Origin: Candidatus Latescibacterota bacterium
GTDB lineage: Bacteria; Latescibacterota; UBA2968; UBA8231
DNA: 64,000 nucleotides
Direction: 5' to 3'
NCBI GenBank assembly: GCA_965242865.1
Contig: CBDETK010000013.1
Span: 3,232,001-3,296,000 of the forward strand
The notes under the pieces were generated by a model, which saw only the letters and a program-made list of their open reading frames with translations, did not search any database and had not been told where the DNA came from. Below are positions 30,873 through 40,669 of this stretch, one piece after another (the first letter of the stretch is position 1; the number at the start of each line of letters is the position of its first letter). A program made the position numbers and the translations under genes.

Positions 30873-31089
30873 CTCACAATTTCCCCGATGAGCTTGACCC
30901 GCGCAACCGCGTCCCCCTCACTCGGCGGCCTCTATAACAGCCTCCGAAGTGATGGTGTAAGCGATGGACTCGCGGCTCCTGACGAGCAGCTTGGCAAACG
31001 GGTCGCGCACCCGCACCAACCGCGGGTGCGGCGTGGCGCAGTCGAAGACGACGTAGAGCCAGTATTCGTCGCGGAGATTGCACGCCTTG
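30873..31089 (-). pseudogene. Duplicated 3' tail of the SNF2/DUF3883 helicase gene plus downstream DNA
   Basis: 217-bp near-identical copy of 47282..47498. Confidence 0.92.
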
Positions 31090-31091
31090 AG

Positions 31092-31907
31092 CTACTCCTT
31101 CACAGCCCCTGCCGTCAGCCCCTGCGTGAAAAATCGCTGGGTGAAGAGGAAGAACAGCACCGTCGGCACCAAGGCGATGATGGAGGCCGCTGAAATGTAG
31201 CGCCAGTTGACCCCAAAGACGCCTTGGAGGCTGGCCAACCCCAATTGCAGGGTGTACAGCTCGCGGCTTTTGAGCACCACGAGCGGCCACAGAAAATCGT
31301 TCCACTGGGCCACGAATGTAAAAGCCGCCTGAGCGGCGAGGGCCGGTTTGACTAGGGGCAGCATAATACGCGCATAGATGGTCCACGGGCCGCAGCCATC
31401 TATGCGGGCGGCGTCCTCTAGATCGGTGGGAATGGTGGTGAAGGCTTGGCGCAAGAGAAAGATGCCGAAGGCATTGACCGCCACCGGCAGGATGACGCCC
31501 GCATATGAATCCACGAGGCCCAGCTTCAAGGTGACGATAAAGAGCGGGATTAAGAGGACTTGGAACGGCACCATGGTCGTGGCCAATATGCAGTAGAAAA
31601 TGGCTTGACGGCCGCGAAAGCGCATGCGGGCGAGAGCGTAACCAGCCAGCGAGCAGCACGTCAAGTTGAGCAAGACGGTGGCGATGGCAATGTAGAACGT
31701 ATTGAACAGGTAGCGCACAAACGGGAGGATGTGCCAAGCCTTGGCAAAGTTGCTCCAGACGATGGGGTCGGGAATCCACTGCGGAGGATGGGCGAACAGA
31801 TCGGCCGCTTCGGATTTGAGCGCGGTGGATAGCAGCCAAGCGAACGGGGCCAGCAAAACAGCGCCGACCGCGCACAAGACTGCGTAGAGCAGAACGCGCT
31901 GGACCAT
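31092..31907 (-). CDS. Carbohydrate ABC permease (MalG-like), duplicate copy
   Basis: EAA motif DLEDAARIDG, WNDFLWP, GLTAGAVKE. Confidence 0.9.
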   Translation of the reverse strand: MVQRVLLYAVLCAVGAVLLAPFAWLLSTALKSEAADLFAHPPQWIPDPIVWSNFAKAWHILPFVRYLFNTFYIAIATVLLNLTCCSLAGYALARMRFRGRQAIFYCILATTMVPFQVLLIPLFIVTLKLGLVDSYAGVILPVAVNAFGIFLLRQAFTTIPTDLEDAARIDGCGPWTIYARIMLPLVKPALAAQAAFTFVAQWNDFLWPLVVLKSRELYTLQLGLASLQGVFGVNWRYISAASIIALVPTVLFFLFTQRFFTQGLTAGAVKE

Positions 31908-31908
31908 C

Positions 31909-32711
31909 TCAAGCTCCCCGCCCGGCGAGGCGAAAGTTGAGCAGGGCAAAGACCAATATGACGACCAACAAGCAGAGCGAAACGGCCGCGGCGTACCCCA
32001 CTTCGAGGTATTTGAATCCGAGCGTGTAGATGTAGTAGGCCAACAAGTTGGTGCGGTGAAAGGGGCCGCCGCCGGTCATCACGTACACTTCGCCAAAGGT
32101 GCGCAGGGCGGCAATGGTGGCGATGATCGAGACCACGAGGGTGTAGGGTTTGATCGTCGGGATGATGACGTGGTACACGACCTGCCACCAACCCGCGCCA
32201 TCGACGCGGGCTGCTTCCTTGAGCTGGGCCGGGATGCCCTGCAAGCCGGCCAAGTAGATGATCATGTAGTACGGCGCGGCCTTCCACACGGTGACCAAGC
32301 CCACGGCCAACAGGGCAATCGCCGGCTCGGTCAACCACCCGGCCTTGACCTCCACGCCCAACAGGCCCAACAGCACTTCGGGGACGCCGCGCCCATCGGC
32401 CAGCCACGACGGACCGCTGACGCCCAGCCCCTTGAGGAAGGCGTTGAGCAGGCCATCGGCGTTGTAGAGCCACTTCCAGACGATGCCCGCGACGACGATG
32501 GAGGTGACGACCGGAATGTAGTACAGGGTGCGAAACACCTTGATCAGCCGCAGGGAGTTGTCGAGCAGGAGCGCCATGAAAAACGAGAGCACGACGAGCG
32601 AGGGCACGACGATGCCCGCGTAGAGCAGGGTATTGGCCAAGACCCGCCAAAACAACTCATCGCCCCAAGCGCGGCGAAAATTGTCGAGGCCGACAAAGGT
32701 GGGCGGCGAGA
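31909..32711 (-). pseudogene. 5'-truncated carbohydrate ABC permease (MalF-like), duplicate copy
   Basis: Lacks the first ~39 codons of 51430..52350. Confidence 0.85.
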
Positions 32712-33058
32712 CCAGTCTTTCTCAGGGTCGAGTCGTTCAAAACGTACTCTGCTTCTGAGGCCATCTGACCGAGTATGGCTCGCATAGCCTCGGCCACATC
32801 CTCCCGCGCCGACTGACCCGTCTCGACGTTGACGTAAGCACAGCGGAACTCGCCGCTGGCGTTGAGATCGTCCCTCAACGCCAAGAGTGCCGAGGTCTTG
32901 CCCGTCTGACGCGGCGCGTGCAGGACGAAGTACTTCCGCTGCTGGATGAGCAGCAGGAGCTCTTCGACATCGAGCCGCGCCAAGGGCGGGAGGTGGTAGT
33001 GCATCGCCGCATTGATGGGACCGGCGGTATTAAAAAAACGCATGGCTGTTGTCGTCAT
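32657..33058 (-). pseudogene. N-terminal fragment of an AAA-like ATPase, truncated at the repeat boundary
   Basis: MRFFNTAGP...HAPRQTGKTS Walker A; no Walker B; runs out of frame into permease DNA after 32712. Confidence 0.8.
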
Positions 33059-33080
33059 GAATCGCGACTCCTTGCTGGTC

Positions 33081-36000
33081 TCAATTGAGTCTTAGCTTGT
33101 CGGACACTTCCGCGAGCAGCTCGTTGATTTCTTCCACAGTCTTTGGGTCGGGCGCGGTTTCTCCACCGAACTCAATGCGGACGTTGAACTTGAGGGCATT
33201 GCCGACAGCGGCTTTGGCGAGGTCTGGAATCTGATCGGCCAAATCTTGGATGCCGTTGGCTTCGAGGACATCTTCGGCCATGAGGAGTCCCCGGGGCTTG
33301 GGCACTGGCTCCTCGCGTGCTGTGGAGGGCACTTGGAGGATCACCTGTTGGGCACCGGCCAAGTCGCACGGCCACGCGGCACTATCATTGCTCAACTCGA
33401 TCCAGCGCGCCCGAATGCCATCTTCTATTGCCGACTTCACCGTGGACCACGGCAAGTTGACGCCGTGCTTGGCCGACAGCGCAGTGGCAAGGGCGAGGGC
33501 GTTGGTTTTGCTATCTTTCCAAGCAGCGGGAATCGCCTTGGCCATCAACTCGTCCACGGCAATCCGCTCGGGTGGCGGCCTTAATACGGCAGTGGCGCTG
33601 AGTACGCCAGCAGGGACTGGCTCCTTGAGGATTGAGGCCGGTCCGCTCGTCAACCACACGAGCCCCTGTTCAACGGCTTGTGCGATTGCGGCCTCGACCT
33701 CCGCTGGTTCACATTGCGGGATTGTTAAAATCTCTTCGTAGCCCTCCTTGGGTACGATCACGGTGTGGCCGCCGACGAAATAGTCGCACCCGTCTTGGAC
33801 GCTGATCTCCGCAGCCGACCAAAGCCCGGGGAGTTTTTGATACTCGAGCAAATCGGGCGCGAGGGCACTTAGGGTGGCCGCTTCGGGTAACAGCACCTCC
33901 AGACCTGAGTCCTTGAGGGCTGACTCGTCAATAGCCGTGCGCCAGAATGTCCTAGCAGTGTGGTCGGGGCGCACGACCCGCGCCACCCAAATTCCCTGCT
34001 GAACTCCTTGCACGACCGTATCCAGAATTTCCTTCTGGCGCAGCATTTTGGGCAGTTTGGGGAACTGGGCGAAGGCACCGACCAGATCCTTGACGCGGCG
34101 GGAATGCTCTCCCTCGCGCCACAAGTCGTAGGGGCCGCCCGGCATCATCGCCTCTGAACTGATGGCGGTTTCCTGAATGCGCGCTCGCGGGTCGCCCTTG
34201 ATCGTAGTGAACAAGGGTGCGTCGGTCACCACGATTTTGAAGGCGTGGATTTCATTGCTCTCGTTGACGGTGACCACCACGGAGTACGCTTGCCCGATGG
34301 CCTCCGGGACGCGCTTTCTCGCCGCCTCTGTTTCATGGGCGAGCATTTGTTCGCGAATTGGATCAATCGGCTGGTTCTCGAGTTGGTCGCGGACTTCCTC
34401 CCAACCGAGATACTCCCGCATCCGGGTGTGCGCTGCATCCAGACCGTCCCTAGAGGGAACGGCGAGGACGAGGGCGTTGCGATAGACTCGGGGACGATCC
34501 GGCGCGGTCGTCTCGTCGATGAACCGCTTGGCTTCGGTGCTGGGTTTGCCAGACTCCGAGGCCGCTTGCGGGCCGAGGATGCCGTAGTGGAACGCGCCAT
34601 CGTCCGCGATGTCGCGCGGTCTTTGCGGCAGGTTGTGGACCTTTGCGCCAGCCGCGGACGCACCGGACGTGAGCATCTTCTGTTTCTCAATGGCATTGAC
34701 GATCTGGGATTCCACGAGGGCGGTCGGCACCCGGGTGTTGCAGGCATCGTGGTGCATCTGCCGCAGGTTGGGACGATTGCCCAGCCGCCATGCCTTTCCC
34801 GCGGCGATCTCCACCTCGTCGAGAAACCAAGACAACTCCGTCCAGCGCCGCAGGGCCTTTTCTAGCTCAATTTTGTCTGGATTGGCCGCTCCGATCAGCA
34901 CCATCAATTCCTGAGTCAAAACCTTGTGCCCAATGGGCTGTGAACTCAGAAATACCGCAATGACCGCCTGCTCCATCTGCCGGTGGCTCAGACCAGTTGC
35001 CTCGGACTGAATGGTGTGCGCCTTGGCCAACTCGCCTTCGAGAATCGGCCGCCATGCTTGGTGCTTGCCGGTGCCCGTGTCAACGCTGGCAAAGGACGCA
35101 AGTTCCCCCGCGGCTTCGGCCAAGCCATTCTTTTTCGGCTCGTTCAAAAACACATTCGGCCCGACCAGCGGGCTCGTATCCCACTGCTCGGCATCGCGCA
35201 GGGCCATGGCAAATGTCCGCAGGATGCCGCGGGTGCGCTGGAAGCCGTTGAGTTGGGTCCAGCGGGTGTAAAAAATATCCGTGAGGTCCGGGTGAAAGGG
35301 ATAGCTGCTCAGATAGCGTTCCTCCGCGCTCCCTCGCTCTTTCCGGGTCTGCTCGTCAAGCGCGGCGATGCTGCTCACCACCGCAGTGACGTGCGGGCGG
35401 AAAACGCCCGGATCGCGAATCGATTCCGGTTTGAAAAAACGCCGCCGCAAAACTTCGGACACGTCCTCCTTGCCCACCGGACTGGCGTCCTCTTCCATCT
35501 GGCGGCCAAAGATTTCTGACACCTCGCGCAGCAACTCGTTGCCGAAGTCGTCGTGCTTTCTCGGATCGGAGGCGAGCAGCGAGGCCACCATGGCGCAACG
35601 GTCCACTTTTACGACCGCTTGGGTGAGGTACTGGAAGAAGTTGAGCAAGTGCCCGCGTGCGCCCGGGTCGGTTTCGACCTGAGCGCGGACATACATCAAT
35701 ACCTCGTCGAGCAGCACCAGCGTCGAGAGGTCGTCTTGTTGCGGCTTTGACAGCAGATCCACCATCAGCGGTTCGGCCGGCGGGGTGTCGCGCTCGGCGT
35801 CTTTGCCTTCGGCGTGGATGAGTTTGAGGCCAGCGGCCCCAGCCAGTTGAAAGGCGAGAATGCTCCACGGATGCTTGAGCATCCTGATCGTCCCATCGGG
35901 ACTTGGCGTCTCCACGCCTTTCTCTAGGTCAATTTTGTCAAAGCACAGCGCCGCGACCCGGGCCTTGGGGGCCTTGAAGCCGATATGCGCCTCGAACTCC

Positions 36001-36350
36001 TTTACCGCTGGCAGGTCGGGCAGCGCGGCCGGGTCGTGGACTAGGTGCCTGAGCGCGATGAGCGTATGGGTCTTGCCGCCGCCGTAGTTGACCGCCAGCT
36101 TCCGATACGCCTTGTCGCTCGTGCCGGCCAAGCGCCGGGCCACGTCTTTGACCAGTTCCCGCAGATTGTAGGTGGGATAGGTGAGCGCGAAGAACTCGGC
36201 GGGATGTTCGTACACGGGCCGCTGGCCTTTCTGCATGACCACGTCGTACAGGTCGGCGGCGAACACGGCCAGTGACAGTTCGCCGGTCTTTAGATCGTCG
36301 CGCAGTTGCACGACTTCGTGCCAAGGTTTGTAGGCAGGTTTTGTTGGCAT
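33081..36350 (-). CDS. DUF499 (BrxC-related) ATPase
   Basis: PWHEVVQLRDD, FAADL, NYGGGKTH, LVLLDE, YPFHP, FQRTRGILR. Confidence 0.9.
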   Translation of the reverse strand: MPTKPAYKPWHEVVQLRDDLKTGELSLAVFAADLYDVVMQKGQRPVYEHPAEFFALTYPTYNLRELVKDVARRLAGTSDKAYRKLAVNYGGGKTHTLIALRHLVHDPAALPDLPAVKEFEAHIGFKAPKARVAALCFDKIDLEKGVETPSPDGTIRMLKHPWSILAFQLAGAAGLKLIHAEGKDAERDTPPAEPLMVDLLSKPQQDDLSTLVLLDEVLMYVRAQVETDPGARGHLLNFFQYLTQAVVKVDRCAMVASLLASDPRKHDDFGNELLREVSEIFGRQMEEDASPVGKEDVSEVLRRRFFKPESIRDPGVFRPHVTAVVSSIAALDEQTRKERGSAEERYLSSYPFHPDLTDIFYTRWTQLNGFQRTRGILRTFAMALRDAEQWDTSPLVGPNVFLNEPKKNGLAEAAGELASFASVDTGTGKHQAWRPILEGELAKAHTIQSEATGLSHRQMEQAVIAVFLSSQPIGHKVLTQELMVLIGAANPDKIELEKALRRWTELSWFLDEVEIAAGKAWRLGNRPNLRQMHHDACNTRVPTALVESQIVNAIEKQKMLTSGASAAGAKVHNLPQRPRDIADDGAFHYGILGPQAASESGKPSTEAKRFIDETTAPDRPRVYRNALVLAVPSRDGLDAAHTRMREYLGWEEVRDQLENQPIDPIREQMLAHETEAARKRVPEAIGQAYSVVVTVNESNEIHAFKIVVTDAPLFTTIKGDPRARIQETAISSEAMMPGGPYDLWREGEHSRRVKDLVGAFAQFPKLPKMLRQKEILDTVVQGVQQGIWVARVVRPDHTARTFWRTAIDESALKDSGLEVLLPEAATLSALAPDLLEYQKLPGLWSAAEISVQDGCDYFVGGHTVIVPKEGYEEILTIPQCEPAEVEAAIAQAVEQGLVWLTSGPASILKEPVPAGVLSATAVLRPPPERIAVDELMAKAIPAAWKDSKTNALALATALSAKHGVNLPWSTVKSAIEDGIRARWIELSNDSAAWPCDLAGAQQVILQVPSTAREEPVPKPRGLLMAEDVLEANGIQDLADQIPDLAKAAVGNALKFNVRIEFGGETAPDPKTVEEINELLAEVSDKLRLN

Positions 36351-36375
36351 GTCGTCCTCGTTGGTTCTCCTTACT

Positions 36376-37572
36376 TCAGGCTGTGGTACGGACAGCGGCT
36401 TCAAGACGCTGGGCAAGGGCCTCCGCTTCGTCGTAGTTTTCGGTGAAGGCGAGTGCAGTTTCCATCCATCCAGATTCGTGGAGTCGCCCTAGCCCTTGAT
36501 CTTGCCGCAGTTCCCGCACGTTAGGCAGTTTGGCAACCGGACGGATGATGGCGTCGGAAGTGTCTTCTAGACGACATACTACGGATGTATTCTCGAAGGT
36601 TTTATAGTTCATTACGGTCAACAGGGTTGGCGCATGAGTGGTGGTGAGCACCTGAATACCGTGCTTCGTGGTTTGCCGTTCAATCAAATCCATCAACAAA
36701 TTCAGCCGCACGGGATGAATGCCGTTGTCGATTTCCTCAAAGAAATACAGACCCTTGGGGTTTTCGCCGAGTAGCACAGCCAGCATGGCGAGAAAACGCA
36801 GTGTGCCGTCCGATGCGCTATAGGCCGATACTTTTCTGCCATTTTTTTCGCAGAGCATAAGATGGATTCGACCGCTGGGATCGCGCGGGAACTTGAAGCC
36901 GTCCACATCCATAGGCGTGAGTTCGCTTAACCAATCGGCAAGGGTTTCTTGGCGCGTGGTGTCGGCGCAGATGCCCTCCAGCACTGTCGGTAAATTCTCG
37001 CCAGAGTCGCCCAATATGTTCGCGCCGGGGAAACTAGGCTCTCGCATTCGGTCCGGCGACGGTTCCAAAAAGCGCATATTGGCAAAGAGACGGAAGGTTT
37101 CCCAACAGATGGGATTTCGTTTCTGTATCTGTAATAGGATTGATAGCCCTTCATCTGATAGATTCAACATTGGGGTTTCAAAAACAGTTTCCCCGTTGGA
37201 CGTGAGTTTTTCTTTTAGAAATTGGAATCTACTGCAACCCGCTGGTTCGTATCCAATCTCAACCAAGTAGTACATTTCAGTGTCGTTCAGTTCAAATTCG
37301 ACTTCAAGAGAAAACTGGGGTAGCCCAAAGCGGACTACTTCATTAGCAGCACCGCGGATCGGCTCCCACTCGCGTTGGCCGCCGCCGCCATATTTCCCGC
37401 CGAGAATTTCGGCTAGCGTATAGCCCCGACCAATGCCGTGCAGGAAGCGGAAGGCGTCGCGGATGTTGCTTTTGCCGCTGGCGTTCGCGCCCACGATTAC
37501 GGTGAACGGGCCGACGCGCAGGGTTTCGTCGGCGAAATTCTTGAAATTTACGAGGCGAAGCGATGTAATCAT
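36376..37572 (-). CDS. ABC/AAA_21 ATPase
   Basis: GANASGKS, ASDGTLR, FFEEIDNGIHP, TTHAP. Confidence 0.88.
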   Translation of the reverse strand: MITSLRLVNFKNFADETLRVGPFTVIVGANASGKSNIRDAFRFLHGIGRGYTLAEILGGKYGGGGQREWEPIRGAANEVVRFGLPQFSLEVEFELNDTEMYYLVEIGYEPAGCSRFQFLKEKLTSNGETVFETPMLNLSDEGLSILLQIQKRNPICWETFRLFANMRFLEPSPDRMREPSFPGANILGDSGENLPTVLEGICADTTRQETLADWLSELTPMDVDGFKFPRDPSGRIHLMLCEKNGRKVSAYSASDGTLRFLAMLAVLLGENPKGLYFFEEIDNGIHPVRLNLLMDLIERQTTKHGIQVLTTTHAPTLLTVMNYKTFENTSVVCRLEDTSDAIIRPVAKLPNVRELRQDQGLGRLHESGWMETALAFTENYDEAEALAQRLEAAVRTTA

Positions 37573-37648
37573 CAGACTTCCTCCTGTTGACTATTTTCGT
37601 CGGAACTAGCGTCGCCAAATTCTCGGGCTTACGCTTACTTCCCGTGTG

Positions 37649-37951
37649 TTAGGTCTGCACGGCCTCGCGGTTCTCGAGTGTTGGCAGTGCTCTAATACCC
37701 TCGCCTATTTTCTCTTCAGCAAGCCGCAACTCATAGAGCTTCTGTAAATTCAGCCAAAACTCGGCACTGGTCGCAAAAAAATGAGCCAATCTCAGGGCCG
37801 TATCGCCAGTGATAGCACGTCGCCCGTTGAGGATTTCGGTGATTCGACTCGCGGGGACCTCAAGCTGTCGTGCGAGTGATGCTGCGCTCATGTTGAGCGT
37901 TCTCAACTCCTCGGCGAGATGTTCTCCCGGATGAATTGCAGGTATGGTCAT
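37649..37951 (-). CDS. higA: HigA addiction-module antitoxin
   Basis: IHPGEHL..EL, ITGDTALRL, FWLNLQ.LYEL. Confidence 0.92.
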   Translation of the reverse strand: MTIPAIHPGEHLAEELRTLNMSAASLARQLEVPASRITEILNGRRAITGDTALRLAHFFATSAEFWLNLQKLYELRLAEEKIGEGIRALPTLENREAVQT

Positions 37952-37962
37952 AACTGTTCTCC

Positions 37963-38247
37963 TCAGTGATAATCCACGATTTCCACGCTCGTTGGCCCTA
38001 AGTGTTCTCGTCGCCACTCAAAGCAGATCCGCCATTGGTCGTTGATACGGATGCTGTACTGGCCTTTTCGATCTCCTCTCAAGGTTTCAAAACGGTTGCC
38101 CGGCAATGCAGCCAGATCCCTGAGTGAAGAAGCCGCCTCCAGTCGGTCAATCTTCAGCCGCGCCGCACGTTCAATACCGGAGAAGGCCCTGACTCGCTTT
38201 CCAGCCGCGAAATCCCTAGTTCGCTTGTCGCGATAGCTAACGATCAT
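37963..38247 (-). CDS. higB: HigB toxin
   Basis: PGNRFETLRGDRKGQYSIRINDQWRICF...EIVDYH. Confidence 0.93.
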   Translation of the reverse strand: MIVSYRDKRTRDFAAGKRVRAFSGIERAARLKIDRLEAASSLRDLAALPGNRFETLRGDRKGQYSIRINDQWRICFEWRREHLGPTSVEIVDYH

Positions 38248-38256
38248 TACACCTAT

Positions 38257-38358
38257 CCAAATTGAAGTGCTCTCTGCCTCACGGGCCGCGCCGGGTTGCT
38301 CAGGGCTTCGAGAATCGCCCGCTCGTCGGAACTAGCGTCGGCCAATTCGATGAGGCTT
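38257..38358 (-). pseudogene. Diverged relic of a DUF1156 gene 3' end
   Basis: ccaaattgaagtgctctctgcct...ggttgctcagggcttcgaga...ttcgatgagg matches 40683..40803. Confidence 0.8.
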
Positions 38359-38403
38359 TAGGCTCCAGCCAGAAATTCAAACGGTGAACCAGTGGCCGCG
38401 TGG

Positions 38404-38520
38404 TATAGCAATCCTACATCATTCAAGACTGGATTCCCGCTTTCGCGGGAATGACGCTTCATAGGCAAAAAACAGTGCCGATCAACACTCCATGCTTTCG
38501 AGTCATTTAGGACTGCTATA
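38404..38520. mobile_element. 117-bp MITE with IS630-type ends carrying a dRS3-like palindrome
   Basis: TATAGCAATCCTACAT...ATTTAGGACTGCTATA; internal ggattcccgc-tttc-gcgggaatgac at 38431-38455. Confidence 0.8.
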
Positions 38521-40497
38521 TCAGGATGTAGAGCTATCAAATGACTCGATCTCGTCTAATAGTTTCTTGATCCGGCCCTTGTCTTTGCTCTTTTCGAGGT
38601 ATTTTTGGTAGCTTGCTTCTGCGTCGCGGATAAGTTTCTGGTAGGTAATCACGCGGATATGTTTTGCTTCCAAAGCCTTTTCCCACTCTTGTCGGCTTTC
38701 TGCATCCTCCCAATCTCTGAGTTCTTTACCCACCAGACAAACCGCTTCAATTGACCCATCCTCGTCGGCTTCACGTAACTGTTTCCTCAATGCGCTTATG
38801 TACTTAGAAACTTGCTCCATGAGGCTAGGGGTTGAAGTAGAAACAGACCCTTTTTTTAGCTCAATAATTACGTGCTTACCTGACGTCTTCTTGTATCGAA
38901 TATCTGGCCGCCCTCGCTTTTCTTCAACGCTCAACTTGTCGGAAACTTTATCAAAAGCCGTAGTAATCGACTGTTCTAAGGTGGGTGGTGTGTCCGTAGC
39001 CATATCCCACGACGGATCTAGTAGCCAGAGATGGTTATAAATATGATCCTGAATAATCTTTTCTAGCGCATCTTCTGTAATATCTTTTGACAACTTTCTA
39101 ATGACATCTAAGCGGCCCTCAGTGATTTGATAATACCACGATGCTTCTATATCATCTAGCTCGGAAAAGAGCTTTACGGCAGCGTCAAGATTGTTGATGT
39201 CAAGCCGTTCCAATTCATCTAGCTTTTCTTTGTGTCGCAAGTGTTCAAATGCTAAAACCCCATGTTTGTACAGAGTCTTTCTGTGATCTTCGTCTGTTGC
39301 GATTTGGTTAATCCTGCCGAATAATTTTTTGGCGGCGGTTTTAGTATCTCCCCTCAATGACTCATACCATTCCTTAAGCGCGGAAATTTCGCGGGCCTGC
39401 TTCACTCCCTCTTCATCCTTTAACTTTTTTCTTTCGTTTGACAAATGTCTGAGTTCCTGTTCGATGAATTCTCTCAATTGCACAAACCGATCATCGCTTT
39501 GAATAAAATCTTGCCTACTAGACGTGGCAATATCCTCTTTCTCGGTTGAGTCGAGGAAGTCGGCCTCCAACTCGCCTATGACGTACTTTGTATATAGCCC
39601 ACCTTCTCGGAATGAGTCCAAGATGTCTTCCAATGCAACCTTTCCCCTAGCGAGAATGGATATTTTGTTCAGATTATCTGCGCCCTCCTGTAAGGTTCCC
39701 GATTCTTTGACCAAACCAATCCAGCCGCACACAGCATATTGTTTTTGCTCATCTACTGTGTTTTCCTCTTGCTGAACGACATATTTCTTATCGTGTTCAA
39801 ACTTGGACTTGTCGAAATCGCCATAGACCAAGGCGTATTCTAGCTTTCCGAAATAGTTCCTGTCTCCTAGGGTTATCTCGTCATCATTGACGAACACTTG
39901 AAAGTCGGCGGAAATAACCGAAAAGCGGCGAGCCACGCGCTGACGCAGATGGGCGTCTAGGGATGCGTTTACCCGTTTCTTGAGATCGCGCAGAACGATT
40001 GCCGTGCCAGAGTGCCCAAGATTGATTGCCTCCGGCACATCTATGACGGGCGGATGATACATTTTCTTTTCTTCTATTGCTTCTTTGATCTTTTCGACAT
40101 CTAATTCTATTGCCAGAGGATCGGTGCCCTTCTTTTGGGTAAAGACCTGTACTTTCTTCGCAATAGACAAGACAGACAATTTGCCAATGCCCTTTCTCCC
40201 CATAACGGGCCGTCCTTTGCCTGCTGTCTGATCTCCACTTCGTCCGCTCCGGCGTTGATAACCAACGGTTAGAAATTTTTCGCGCATATCTGTATCGTCC
40301 ATCCCACAGCCATCGTCTTTAATGACAATTTGTTTACCGTCACTTTGTTCTTCTACGGATACATCGACCCGAGCGGCGTCGGCGTCCCAAGCATTGGCAA
40401 TCAGCTCAGCGAGGGCGGCGGGAACATTGCTATACAGGTTTAGGCCCAAATGATTGAGCACATTCAAATCAATGTCCAGAGTGTATTCTTCAGTCAT
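38521..40497 (-). CDS. GHKL (MORC-like) ATPase with C-terminal PD-(D/E)XK nuclease
   Basis: ELIANAWDADA, DDGCGM, GRKGIGK, GT; RPDI...IIELKK...EQVSKY...ITYQKL. Confidence 0.85.
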   Translation of the reverse strand: MTEEYTLDIDLNVLNHLGLNLYSNVPAALAELIANAWDADAARVDVSVEEQSDGKQIVIKDDGCGMDDTDMREKFLTVGYQRRSGRSGDQTAGKGRPVMGRKGIGKLSVLSIAKKVQVFTQKKGTDPLAIELDVEKIKEAIEEKKMYHPPVIDVPEAINLGHSGTAIVLRDLKKRVNASLDAHLRQRVARRFSVISADFQVFVNDDEITLGDRNYFGKLEYALVYGDFDKSKFEHDKKYVVQQEENTVDEQKQYAVCGWIGLVKESGTLQEGADNLNKISILARGKVALEDILDSFREGGLYTKYVIGELEADFLDSTEKEDIATSSRQDFIQSDDRFVQLREFIEQELRHLSNERKKLKDEEGVKQAREISALKEWYESLRGDTKTAAKKLFGRINQIATDEDHRKTLYKHGVLAFEHLRHKEKLDELERLDINNLDAAVKLFSELDDIEASWYYQITEGRLDVIRKLSKDITEDALEKIIQDHIYNHLWLLDPSWDMATDTPPTLEQSITTAFDKVSDKLSVEEKRGRPDIRYKKTSGKHVIIELKKGSVSTSTPSLMEQVSKYISALRKQLREADEDGSIEAVCLVGKELRDWEDAESRQEWEKALEAKHIRVITYQKLIRDAEASYQKYLEKSKDKGRIKKLLDEIESFDSSTS

Positions 40498-40669
40498 TTC
40501 CTTTCTCCTTTCTTCTCAAATGATCGGCCAATGCTACAGAACATATCAAATACTTGTGCGTTTAATTGATTCAGTGATTCACACATGAAATCGCCTCACA
40601 ATCGCTATTGCATCTTTCAATATGACGGCGGCTGTGTCGGCCCAATCTAAGAGGGACGTTAGCACTTTG

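Larger units (their letters stand above)
31090..32711. repeat. 1.62-kb direct repeat of 50611..52232
   Basis: Constant offset of 19521 bp; about 20 substitutions by manual count. Confidence 0.95.

Noticed and set aside
31090-32711. Simple assembly duplication
   Set aside because: The copies differ by about 20 substitutions and have distinct deletion junctions; a strain chimera still needs read-level exclusion.
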